Origin: Candidatus Eiseniibacteriota bacterium
Lineage (GTDB): Bacteria > Eisenbacteria > RBG-16-71-46 > CAIMUX01 > VGJL01
NCBI GenBank assembly: GCA_041946735.1
Contig: JBHGAY010000043.1
Span: 1 to 28,101, forward strand
Reading direction: 5' to 3'
Length of the DNA: 28,101 bases
Both the position numbers and the translations under genes were made by a program. Below the pieces are notes generated by a model that ran no database searches, was not told the origin of the DNA, and was given only the letters and a program-made list of their open reading frames with translations. Of this stretch, positions 1 to 8,506 are shown in pieces. The stretch's first letter is position 1. Each line of letters opens with the position of its first letter.

Positions 1-59
1 CGGGCGTCTACCTCTACGGCATGGATGGACGGAGCGGGCGCTTCCTGCTGCTCCGCTGA
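1..59 (+). CDS. Partial CDS (3' end) of a secreted protein with a T9SS-A/FlgD-like C-terminal sorting domain
   Basis: The frame starting at base 3 reads GVYLYGMDGRSGRFLLLR-TGA(57-59). This has the 'GVY...(K/R)hhhhR-stop' ending typical of these C-terminal domains, the same pattern that ends the next gene. Confidence 0.65.
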   Translation, partial: GVYLYGMDGRSGRFLLLR

Positions 60-124
60 TTCGCGTCCTGCCGGGACGCACGATTGGAACGTTTCGGGGC
101 AACCCCCGAGGAGGAAGGGAACCG

Positions 125-2065
125 ATGAAGCTTTGGCCGCAGCTCGCCCTCGCCTTCGCCCTCGCTCTCCTGCTCATGGCTGCCGCCCCCGCGCAGACGC
201 AGGCGCTTCAGCTCGTCGAGAACGGAGACTTCGAGCAGCCGTTCGACGCCGGGTGGAAGCAGCAGCTGGGGGGACTGGGGAGCATCGATCGCGGAACCAC
301 CTACGAAGCCGATCCCGACTACGAGGCGCACGTCTCGAAGATGGAGACCACCGGATCGAACCGCCTCTACCAGGTCATCCCGATTCCCTCGCTCGACGTC
401 CGCCTCTCGTTCCGGGCGCGGATGAATGTCCTCGCCGGCAGCGAGGCATGGGCCGCCGCGATGATCGGAATCGTCTATCTCGATGCCGAAGGCTCCATCC
501 TCGGCGAGACGCGCGCCCTCGCTCGCGCCGGCGCCTGCCCCTTCACCGACCGGCCCGACCTCCATCTGATCGCGGCGCCGGGCGACGATGCCTGGCACGA
601 GACGGTCGTTCAGCTTTCCGACGAGATGGCCTGGCTGCCCGCCGTCGATCCGATGCAGATCCGCTCGGTCCGGCTGCAGATCTGGGCCACGACGGTCGGC
701 TGCTGAGGAGAGTCTCCGGTGGCGGAGGTCTCCGCCGACGACGTGCGACTCGACTACGACTCCGACGAACCAGCGCTGCAGCCGATCGCGACCGCCTTCG
801 ACGACAACCTGGGAAACGGCGACGGCCGATGGGACGCCGGCGAGACGGCCGGCGTGCTACTGACCTTGAAGAACTTCGGAAGCGACGCCTCCGGCGTGGA
901 GGCGACCTTGGCGTGCAGCGATCCGCTCGTCACGATCCTCGACGGCGCCGCTTCCTTCGGGGACATCCCGCGCGGCGGGACGGCCGGCGGGACGGCGCCG
1001 AGCTTCACCGTCCGCGCCTCTCCGCACGCTCCCGCCGGTCACGTGGCCTCGTGCACGCTGCGCATCGTGCACGACTCGGGAGAATCGGTCTCGGCTCTCG
1101 GCTTGACGATCGGACGCCACGCCGTCTTCGTCTGGGATCCGACGTTCCTGCAGTCGACCGGGCGCGCGCTCCGGGAGATCCTGCCCTCCCTCGGCACGCC
1201 GTTCACGTTCAGCGATCTGCTGCCGCCGAATCTCGAGGATCACACGCTCCTCTTCGCGCTGCTCGGCGTCTACCCCGACAACTTCGTCGTCCGGCAGGTG
1301 TCGAGCGAGGCGACCGCGATCGAGCCGTTCTTCGGCGACGGCCATGGCGTCTACCTGGAAGGCGGGGACGTCTGGTACTTCGATCCGATCAGTATGAGCG
1401 GCTACCCGTTCGCAGCGCGCTTCGGGCTGCAGGCCGTCGAGGACGGCATGGCCGACGCCGGGATGGTGATCGGCGAGACGGGCCGGTTCACCGAAGGGAT
1501 GGCGTTCTCCTATGTGGGGGACAACGCGTATCTCGACCGCCTGCGGCCGCTCACCGCAAGCTTCACGATCCTGTCGAACGTCGCGCCCGTCTACGTCTGC
1601 GGCGTCGCTCACGACGGCGGAGACTACCGGACGGTCGGCGCGTCGATCGAGCTGGGCGGCCTCGCCGACGACGAGCCGCCGTCGACGAAGGCGGACCTGA
1701 CCGCGGCGATCCTGGTCTTCCTTCGCAACCGTGAGCCGCAGTCCGGCGCGGGCGACGCGGGCTCCGCCTCGCTCGACTTCCTCGGCCTGCCGCGCCCGAA
1801 CCCGGCGGCGCGCCGCACGACGATCTCCTATTCCCTCTCGGAGTCGAAGCGCGTCTCGATCTCGCTCGTCGACGCCGCCGGGCGGCGAGTGGCGATGGTG
1901 GTCGACGGCGCGCAGGAGGCGGGAGCGCACGTCGCGACGATCGACACCGGCCGGCTGCCGGCCGGCGTGTACTTCCTGCGATCGAACCTTGGCGAGGGTG
2001 CGGGAGCAGGCGCGGGCCGAGGCGAAGGCGCGGGAGGACAGCGAAAGCTCATCGTGACGCGGTAG
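125..2065 (+). CDS. Secreted multidomain protein, predicted selenoprotein (Sec at TGA 704-706): signal peptide, CBM-like jelly-roll, Ig-like domain, alpha/beta domain, T9SS-A/FlgD-like CTD
   Basis: SD (GAGGAGG) precedes ATG125, followed by signal peptide MKLWPQLALAFALALLLMAAAPAQTQA. ORFs 125-706 and 719-2065 are in the same frame, separated by one TGA plus 4 sense codons. The jelly-roll-like domain opens with LVENGDFE and its expected closing strand (AEVSADDVRL) lies after the TGA. A SECIS-like hairpin follows the TGA. The C-terminus reads PRPNP...ISYSL...LPAGVYFLR...KLIVTR. Confidence 0.75.
718..739 (+). promoter_or_regulatory. Putative bacterial SECIS element
   Basis: TGA, 11 nt, then GGT-GGCGG-AGGTCT-CCGCC-GAC. 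Stem 721-725/732-736 is capped by AGGUCU, the same apex as the E. coli fdhF SECIS, at a similar distance from the UGA. Confidence 0.75.
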
Positions 2066-2099
2066 CGGCAGGCCGAGCCGCCGCCTCCGCGTCCCGAAC

Positions 2100-2152
2100 G
2101 ATCCTTCAGGATCTTCTGGATCCTTTCTTCAGGATCCTTCCGGATGATCTTC
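2100..2152. repeat. Imperfect GATC(C)TTC direct repeats (5 GATC sites)
   Basis: GATCCTTCAG-GATCTTCTG-GATCCTTTCTTCAG-GATCCTTCCG-GATGATCTTC, with GATC at 2100, 2110, 2119, 2133 and 2146. Confidence 0.75.
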
Positions 2153-2159
2153 ATATGGG

Positions 2160-2203
2160 AACCGGGGCCGCCGAGAAATGCGTTCGGCGGCCCCGGTTTT
2201 ATT
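2160..2203 (+). terminator. Intrinsic (rho-independent) terminator
   Basis: Perfect 15-bp stem AACCGGGGCCGCCGA (2160-2174) / TCGGCGGCCCCGGTT (2184-2198) with a 9-nt loop, running into TTTTATT. Confidence 0.8.
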
Positions 2204-2306
2204 GACTTCCCTGGGGGCCCGATGCCAACCTTCGACGTCGCGCCCGAACCGATCGTCGCGCATTCCGTGTGGCAGGGCTCGACGGCGTTTTCGAGGAGAG
2301 GCTCTC

Positions 2307-3254
2307 ATGGACCGGTCCGACCCGCGCCCACCCGAGCCCGAGGAGATCGACTCGGTCGATTCCTATCGGCAGGTGCTCGATCATCTCGACGAAGGGGTCT
2401 ACATGGTCGCCCCGGATCGCCGGATCGTCTACTGGAACGCGGGCGCCGAGCGGATCACCGGATACGCGCGGGCGGCGGTCCTCGGACGCTCCTGCAAGGA
2501 CGACACCCTCCGGGTGCACGTGGACGAGCGCGGCGATCCTTTGTGCCTCGCGGGCGCCTGCCCGATCGACGAGGCGATGAGGGGCGGCGCGCCGGCGGAG
2601 CAGACGCTCTACATGCGGCACGCCGACGGCCATCGCATCCCGGTGCGCGTCCGCGCGGCGCCGGTGTTCTCTCCCTCCGGCGGGATCGTGGGCGCGGTGG
2701 AGATCTTCACAGACAGCACCACGATCCTCGCCGCGAACCGGCGCCTCGACGAGCTGAACCAGCAGGCGTTCCTCGATCCCGTGACCGGCGTGGGCAATCG
2801 CCGCTACGTCGAGATGGAGATGCGCGCGATCCTCGAGGCGCACGCGCGCCACGCGATCCCGTGCGGATTCCTCTTCCTCGACATCGACCACTTCAAGCGG
2901 ATCAACGACTCCCACGGCCACGCGGTCGGCGACGGGGTGCTGCGCATGGTGGCGACGACCGTTCGCGAGGGACTGCGCGCGGGCGATTCGCTGGGACGAT
3001 GGGGGGGCGACGAGTTCCTCGTCATCCTCTCGCCGATCGGACCGAGCAGCTTGCAGGCGACCGCCGAGAAGCTGCGCGCCCTCGTCGAAGCCTCGTCGAT
3101 CAAGGAGAGGGGCAAGCCGATCCGCGTGACGATCTCGATCGGCGGGACGGCCGCGCGCGCCGGCGACACGCCGGAGATGGTGCAGGAGCGCGCCGACGTC
3201 CTGCTCTACCAGAGCAAGCAGTCGGGCCGCAACCGCGTGACGCTCGACGCCTGA
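2307..3254 (+). CDS. PAS-GGDEF diguanylate cyclase
   Basis: SD GAGGAG precedes ATG2307. PAS domain (YWNAGAERITGY). DPVTGVGNRR, DIDHFKRINDSHGHAVGD, an intact GGDEF motif and the RxxD I-site (RAGD) five residues upstream of it. Confidence 0.93.
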   Translation: MDRSDPRPPEPEEIDSVDSYRQVLDHLDEGVYMVAPDRRIVYWNAGAERITGYARAAVLGRSCKDDTLRVHVDERGDPLCLAGACPIDEAMRGGAPAEQTLYMRHADGHRIPVRVRAAPVFSPSGGIVGAVEIFTDSTTILAANRRLDELNQQAFLDPVTGVGNRRYVEMEMRAILEAHARHAIPCGFLFLDIDHFKRINDSHGHAVGDGVLRMVATTVREGLRAGDSLGRWGGDEFLVILSPIGPSSLQATAEKLRALVEASSIKERGKPIRVTISIGGTAARAGDTPEMVQERADVLLYQSKQSGRNRVTLDA

Positions 3255-3284
3255 GTCGCCGGCGCTCGCTGGACGCCTGAGCGG

Positions 3285-4751
3285 CTACCACCCCGCCATC
3301 GGCGCGCCCATCCCCATCGCTCCGCTCGCCAGCGCGATCAGCGGCGCCGGGTAGATCCCGAAGAAGAGGACGACGAGCGCCAGCGCGAGGATCGCCGCCC
3401 ATGCCCACGGCGAGGACGGACGCTGCGCGAGCGCCGCCGGGGCCGCCGCGCCGGCTTCCCGCGTCGCGTACAGCGTGACGAGCACCCGCACGTAGTAGTA
3501 GGCAGAGATCCCGCTCGCCACGACCGCCAGGAGGACGAGCGTCCAGAGTCCCGCCCGGACTCCGGCGCCGAAGATGTAGAACTTCGCGACGAAGCCGGCC
3601 GTGAGCGGGATCCCGACCAGCGAAACCATCGCCAGCGCGAGGACGAAACCGGCCAGCGGCCGCTCGCGCCCGAGGCCGCGCAGGTCTTCGATCTCCTGCA
3701 CCTCGCGTCCCGGCGTGGAGAGGACCGCGATCACGCCGAACGCGGCGAGGATGGTCGCGAAGTAGGAGACGAGATAGAAGCCGAACGCCCCGAAGCCCAC
3801 CTCGCCGCCCGCGAGGAGCGGGATCGTCAGGTAGCCCATGTGCGCGATCGAGGAGTAGGCGAGCAGCCGCCGGAGGTTGCGCTGGCGCAGCGCGAGCAGG
3901 TTCCCCCCGAACATCGTCGCGACGCACAGCGCCGTCAACAGCAGGCGCGCCGGCGGGTCGGAGGCGAGGTCGAGGTCGGAGGCGAGGCGGAAGAGGAGGG
4001 CAAAGATCGCGCCCTTCGATCCGCTCGCGATGAGCGCGGTCGCGGGCGGCGGCGCCCCTTGATAGACGTCGGGCGACCACATGTGGAACGGGACGAACGC
4101 GAGCTTGAATCCGAAGCCGACGATCACGAGGGCGAGGCCGATGCGCGCCAGGCCGTTCATTCCCCCCGCCTCCTCGAACGAGCGCCCGAGGCCGGCGAAG
4201 TCGAGGTGGCCGGAGCCGGCGTAGAGCAGAGCGATGCCGTAGAGCAGAAACGCCGACGAGGCGGCCGCGAGCACCAGGTACTTGATCGCCGCCTCCAGCG
4301 ACGCGCGGCGCAGGCGGGTGAAGCCGACCAGCCCGTAGAGCGAGACGGTGAGCGTCTCGAGCCCCAGGAAAAACGTGGCGAAGTGCATGCTCGCCGCGGC
4401 GACCGCCATCCCGAGGACGGCGAAGAGGACGAGAATGTGGAAGCGGTCCTCACGTTCCGCGCGACCACGGAAGTAGTCGCGAGCGATCAGGATCGTCGCG
4501 AAGCCGGCCGCGAAGAGGAGCCCCATCCAGAAGAGCGATACGCCGTCGATCGCGAGGAGCCCCGCGACCTCGCGGGGGGCCTCGGCACGCGCGGCGAAGA
4601 TCGAGACGAACGCGGCGGCGAGCGTGGCGAGCGAAAGCGCGGCGATCGCCGCCGGGCGCCGCAGGAACGCGGAGACGACGAGAAGGACGGTCGCCCCATA
4701 GCCCAGGATCAGCAGCGGGAGCAGCGCGCGGGCATCGACGGAGCCGATCAT
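3285..4751 (-). CDS. nuoN: NADH-quinone oxidoreductase subunit N
   Basis: EAAIKYLVL, GFKLAFVPFHMWSPDVYQGAP, RLLAYSSIAHMGY. The ATG at 4751 overlaps the nuoM stop (ATGA). Confidence 0.95.
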   Translation of the reverse strand: MIGSVDARALLPLLILGYGATVLLVVSAFLRRPAAIAALSLATLAAAFVSIFAARAEAPREVAGLLAIDGVSLFWMGLLFAAGFATILIARDYFRGRAEREDRFHILVLFAVLGMAVAAASMHFATFFLGLETLTVSLYGLVGFTRLRRASLEAAIKYLVLAAASSAFLLYGIALLYAGSGHLDFAGLGRSFEEAGGMNGLARIGLALVIVGFGFKLAFVPFHMWSPDVYQGAPPPATALIASGSKGAIFALLFRLASDLDLASDPPARLLLTALCVATMFGGNLLALRQRNLRRLLAYSSIAHMGYLTIPLLAGGEVGFGAFGFYLVSYFATILAAFGVIAVLSTPGREVQEIEDLRGLGRERPLAGFVLALAMVSLVGIPLTAGFVAKFYIFGAGVRAGLWTLVLLAVVASGISAYYYVRVLVTLYATREAGAAAPAALAQRPSSPWAWAAILALALVVLFFGIYPAPLIALASGAMGMGAPMAGW

Positions 4752-6271
4752 CGCCCCTCCTCCCCCGCCTCCGCCTCGACGCGCCAGATCGTCGCCGGCT
4801 CGCCGCCGCCGCGCAGCATGCGGCCGACCGCGTCCACCGGCTCGCCCGATGCCCGCAGGACCGGGGCCGGATGGAGGCCGAGCCAGATCAGGAGCGCCGC
4901 GAGCACGCCGAGCATCGCGACCTCGCGCGCGCCGAGGTCGGGAATCTTCCATCCCTCCCGGTTGGGACCGAAGAACGCCGCGTGCACGAGCCGCAGCGAG
5001 TAGATGACCGAGACGACGAAGCCCAGGGTGCCGAGCGCCGCGGCGAGCGGGCTCACCTGGAAGGTCCCGAGGAGGACGAGCAACTCCGCGACGAAGTTCG
5101 CGAGGCCCGGCAGCCCGAGCGAGGCGAGAGCGAAGAAGAGGCTGAAGCCGCCCAGGCGGGGCGCGACGGTCCACAGTCCCCCGAGGCGCGAAAAGTCCCT
5201 CGTGCCGCATCGTTCCTGCACGATCCCGGCGACGACGAACAGGGCGCCGGTCGAGAGGCCGTGGGCGATCATCTCCATCACCGCTCCGCGGAGCGCGAGC
5301 GGCGTGCCGGCGAACACGCCGAGCAGGACGAACCCGAGGTGGCTCACACTCGTGTAGGCGACGAGCCGCTTCAAGTCCGACTGGGGATAGGAAAGGAGCG
5401 CGCCGTAGAGGATCCCCGCCACGCCGAGCGCCATCGCGACCGGAGCGAACTGGGCCGCGGCGTCGGGGAACAGCGGGACGAGGAACCGCAGGAAGCCGTA
5501 GCCGCCGGTCTTCAGCATGATCCCGGCCAGGATGACGCTGCCGGCCGTGGGGGCCTGCGTGTGCGCGTCGGGCAGCCACGAGTGGATCGGCACGGCGGGG
5601 AGCTTGACCGCGAGTCCGACGAAGAAGCCGAGCATCAGGCCGAACGCGAGGCCCGGCGGCAGAGGGGTGCCGATCAGCTCCGGGAGGTCGAAGGTGAGCG
5701 CCCCGGTCGCGCGCCAGTGGGCGATCGCGATCCCGAGGATCGCGGCGAGCATGAACAATCCGCCGAGGAATGTGAAGACGAAGAACTTGATCGCCGCCTT
5801 CACGCGGTCGCCGTACCCCCACAGCCCGATCAGGAAGTACATCGGGACGAGCATCAGCTCCCAGAAGAAGTAGAAGAGGAAGAGGTCGAGGGCGAGAAAG
5901 ACTCCCGCGATGCCGGCGAGGAGGAGCAGGAGGGAACCGTGGAACGCTCCGGCCCGCTCGTGCACCTGGTGCCAGCTCGCCGCCGAAGCGATCGCGCCGA
6001 GCAGCCCCGTCAGGAGGACCAAGAGAAGCGAGAGCCCGTCCATCCCGAGGTGGTAGCTGATCCCGAACGGCGCGACCCACGCGGCGCGCTCGTCGATCGT
6101 GAAAGGGATCCGCCCGCCGGCGGCCCCGAGCCACGCGGCGAGGGCGAGGACGACGACCGCCGAGGAGGCGGCCAAGGAGATCCAGGAGGCGGCGCGCGGC
6201 GAGCGCCGCCCGGCGATCCAGGCGAAGGGCGCCGCGAGGGCGGGAACGGCGTAGATCAGGGTCAGCGTCAT
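4748..6271 (-). CDS. nuoM: NADH-quinone oxidoreductase subunit M
   Basis: FYFFWELMLVPMY, VKLPAVPIHSWLPDAHTQAP, LKTGGYG. ATGA overlap with nuoL. Confidence 0.95.
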   Translation of the reverse strand: MTLTLIYAVPALAAPFAWIAGRRSPRAASWISLAASSAVVVLALAAWLGAAGGRIPFTIDERAAWVAPFGISYHLGMDGLSLLLVLLTGLLGAIASAASWHQVHERAGAFHGSLLLLLAGIAGVFLALDLFLFYFFWELMLVPMYFLIGLWGYGDRVKAAIKFFVFTFLGGLFMLAAILGIAIAHWRATGALTFDLPELIGTPLPPGLAFGLMLGFFVGLAVKLPAVPIHSWLPDAHTQAPTAGSVILAGIMLKTGGYGFLRFLVPLFPDAAAQFAPVAMALGVAGILYGALLSYPQSDLKRLVAYTSVSHLGFVLLGVFAGTPLALRGAVMEMIAHGLSTGALFVVAGIVQERCGTRDFSRLGGLWTVAPRLGGFSLFFALASLGLPGLANFVAELLVLLGTFQVSPLAAALGTLGFVVSVIYSLRLVHAAFFGPNREGWKIPDLGAREVAMLGVLAALLIWLGLHPAPVLRASGEPVDAVGRMLRGGGEPATIWRVEAEAGEEGR

Positions 6272-8202
6272 CGTGCCGCCCCTCCTGCGTGGAGCAGCAG
6301 GACGGCGGCGCAGACGATCGCCCCGATCAGGAGCCCGGTGGCGTAGGCCCGCACGCGGCCGTTCTGCGTCCAGGAGAGGAAGCCGTTCAGCCCGGCAGCG
6401 ACGCGGGCGAGCCCCGTGAAGACGGCGTCGATCGCGTCGCCGCGGATCGCGTAGGCGAGCGCGCGATACGGGACGACGAACAGCGCGCCGTAGATGGCGT
6501 CGAAGCCGAGCCCGCCGCCGAGGAAGCGCCCGAGCGGCCCGCGCGCCGCCGGCGAGGCGAGGGCGCCGGGACGCTCGCGCTGCCATCGCCACGCGATCGC
6601 CACGCCGGCGAGCGCGACGACCGCCGAGAAGAGCAGGCCGAGGACGGCCGCCCCTCCCGCCTCCTCGTGGGCCGCCGCCGGGAAGACCGCGGCCAGCAGG
6701 CGGCCGATCGGATCGAAGCCGCCCAGCGGCGCCGGCATGCCGAGGAAGCCGGAGAAGATCGCGAAGAACGCGAGCACCGCCATCGAGCCGATCATGAGCG
6801 GCGCGGGGAGCGCCGGCGCGTGGTGCGGATCGTGCTCGACTGGGGCTCGCTCCTCGCCGTGGAACACGGCGAAGACGGCCCGGAAGATGTAGATCGCCGT
6901 CAGAAGCGCCGTCAAAAGCCCGACCAGGTAGAAGCCGATTCCGCCGGCCGGCGACGTCCAGGCCGCCTCGAGGATCCGGTCCTTGCTGTAGAAGCCCGCG
7001 GTCACGAGCGGCAGGGCGGCGAGCGACGCCGCACCGATCAGGAACAGCGCGTAGACCTTCGGCAGGCGGTGGCGCAGGCCTCCCATGCGGAAGATGTCGT
7101 GCTCCCCTCCCGTCGCGTCGATCACCGCTCCGGCGGCGAGGAAGAGCAGCGCCTTGAAGAAGGCGTGCGTCACGAGGTGGAAGATCGCCGCCGTCCACGC
7201 GCCGACGCCGAGCGCCAAGAACATGTAGCCGATCTGCGAGATCGTCGAGTACGCGAGGATCCGCTTGATGTCCGCCTGGCCGAACGCGGCGATCGAGCCG
7301 TAGAGGGCCGTGGCCGCGCCGATCACGGCGACGGCGAAGAGAACGGCGGGGGCCAGCGCGAAGAGCAGGTGCATCCGCGCGATCAGGTAGACCCCCGCGG
7401 TCACCATCGTGGCAGCGTGGATCAGCGCGGAGACCGGGGTCGGGCCGGCCATCGCGTCGGGAAGCCAGACCTGGAGCGGGATCTGCCCGGACTTGCCCAG
7501 CGCGCCGCCGAGCAGGAGCGCGGCGGCGAGCGCGGCGCGCCCGTCTCCCGGGCCCCAGGCGGCGGCCGCCCGCTCGAGCACCTCGGGGATCCGCAGGCTT
7601 CCGAGATCCGCGAAGAGCAGGAAGAGGCCGATCGCCATCGCCGCGTCCCCGATGCGCGTCACGAGGAACGCCTTTTGCGCCGCCGTGCCGTTCTCCGGCT
7701 CGCGGTACCAGAATCCGATCAGGAGATAGGAGCAGAGGCCGACCCCCTCCCAGCCGAGGAAGAGCAGGAGCAGGTCGTCGGCCAAGACGAGCGCCAGCAT
7801 CGAGCCGACGAAGAGGTTCATGTAGGCGAAGAAGCGGGAGAAGCCGTCCTCCCGCTCCATCGAGCGCGTCGCGTAGAGGTGGATCAGCAAGCCGACGAAC
7901 GTGACGGCCAGGATCATCACGAGCGAGAGCGCGTCGAGCCGGAGGTCGAAGCCGGCGCGGAGGCCGGCCGTGTCGATCCAGGCGCCGAGCGAGGCGACGC
8001 GCGCGCCGGGGTCGCCCGCGTAGAGGAGGCTCGCGCCGAGCGCCGCGGCGAAGGAGAGGCCGATCGAGCCGGCACCGGCGATCCGCACGGCGTTGCGGCC
8101 GATCCGTCCCCCGAAGAGGACGAGGAACGCGAAGCCGGCGAACGGCAGGAGCACGACCGCGGCGAAGAGGCTCGCCATCGCCTGCGACGCCGCGCTAGCC
8201 AC
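6268..8202 (-). CDS. nuoL: NADH-quinone oxidoreductase subunit L (alternative start ATG 8178)
   Basis: GWEGVGLCSYLLIGFW, GKSGQIPLQVWLPDAMAGPTPVSALIHAATMV, HAFFKALLFL. Confidence 0.95.
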   Translation of the reverse strand: MASAASQAMASLFAAVVLLPFAGFAFLVLFGGRIGRNAVRIAGAGSIGLSFAAALGASLLYAGDPGARVASLGAWIDTAGLRAGFDLRLDALSLVMILAVTFVGLLIHLYATRSMEREDGFSRFFAYMNLFVGSMLALVLADDLLLLFLGWEGVGLCSYLLIGFWYREPENGTAAQKAFLVTRIGDAAMAIGLFLLFADLGSLRIPEVLERAAAAWGPGDGRAALAAALLLGGALGKSGQIPLQVWLPDAMAGPTPVSALIHAATMVTAGVYLIARMHLLFALAPAVLFAVAVIGAATALYGSIAAFGQADIKRILAYSTISQIGYMFLALGVGAWTAAIFHLVTHAFFKALLFLAAGAVIDATGGEHDIFRMGGLRHRLPKVYALFLIGAASLAALPLVTAGFYSKDRILEAAWTSPAGGIGFYLVGLLTALLTAIYIFRAVFAVFHGEERAPVEHDPHHAPALPAPLMIGSMAVLAFFAIFSGFLGMPAPLGGFDPIGRLLAAVFPAAAHEEAGGAAVLGLLFSAVVALAGVAIAWRWQRERPGALASPAARGPLGRFLGGGLGFDAIYGALFVVPYRALAYAIRGDAIDAVFTGLARVAAGLNGFLSWTQNGRVRAYATGLLIGAIVCAAVLLLHAGGAAR

Positions 8203-8506
8203 GGAGCCCGCTCACGTCGTCGCCGTCGACCGTCCCGAACCGGCCGGAGATCCGGAGCAGGAGCGGCAAGCCGACCGACACCTCGGCCGCGGCGGTCGCG
8301 AGAAGGAAGAGGATCATCACCTGCCCGTCCGGCTGGCCCCAGCGGGAGCCTGCGGCGGCGAAGGCGAGGACCGCGGCGTTCAACATCATCTCGAGCGACA
8401 TCAGGACGAAGACCAGGTTGCGCCGCGCGAGGAGGCCGATCAGGCCGATCCCGAAGAGGATGCCCGAGAGGATCAGGACGTGCGCCACCGGGACGTGCGC
8501 GATCAT
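8195..8506 (-). CDS. nuoK: NADH-quinone oxidoreductase subunit K
   Basis: RRNLVFVLMSLEMMLNA and AAAEVSVGL. ATGA overlap with nuoJ. Confidence 0.93.
   Translation of the reverse strand: MIAHVPVAHVLILSGILFGIGLIGLLARRNLVFVLMSLEMMLNAAVLAFAAAGSRWGQPDGQVMILFLLATAAAEVSVGLPLLLRISGRFGTVDGDDVSGLRG

Noticed and set aside
704..706. Genome-wide TGA reassignment or a simple pseudogene stop
   Set aside because: TGA ends many genes here at their expected C-termini (most nuo genes, the GGDEF gene, TopIB), so the genetic code is standard. The Cys-TGA plus SECIS-like context fits Sec better than random nonsense.
25..1930. Long overlapping ORFs (25-1734 +, 857-1930 -, 14-598 -)
   Set aside because: Arg/Pro/Ala-rich alternative-frame or antisense shadows expected at this GC content.
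719..2065. Independent 448-aa gene starting at GTG719
   Set aside because: Disfavoured but not excluded. It has an SD but no signal peptide despite a secretion tail, it begins with what looks like the last strand of the upstream domain, and it overlaps a SECIS-like hairpin.
2100..2200. CRISPR array or replication origin suggested by the repeats and GATC cluster
   Set aside because: The units are too short and have no spacers, no cas genes are present, and I saw no DnaA boxes or extended AT-rich unwinding element.
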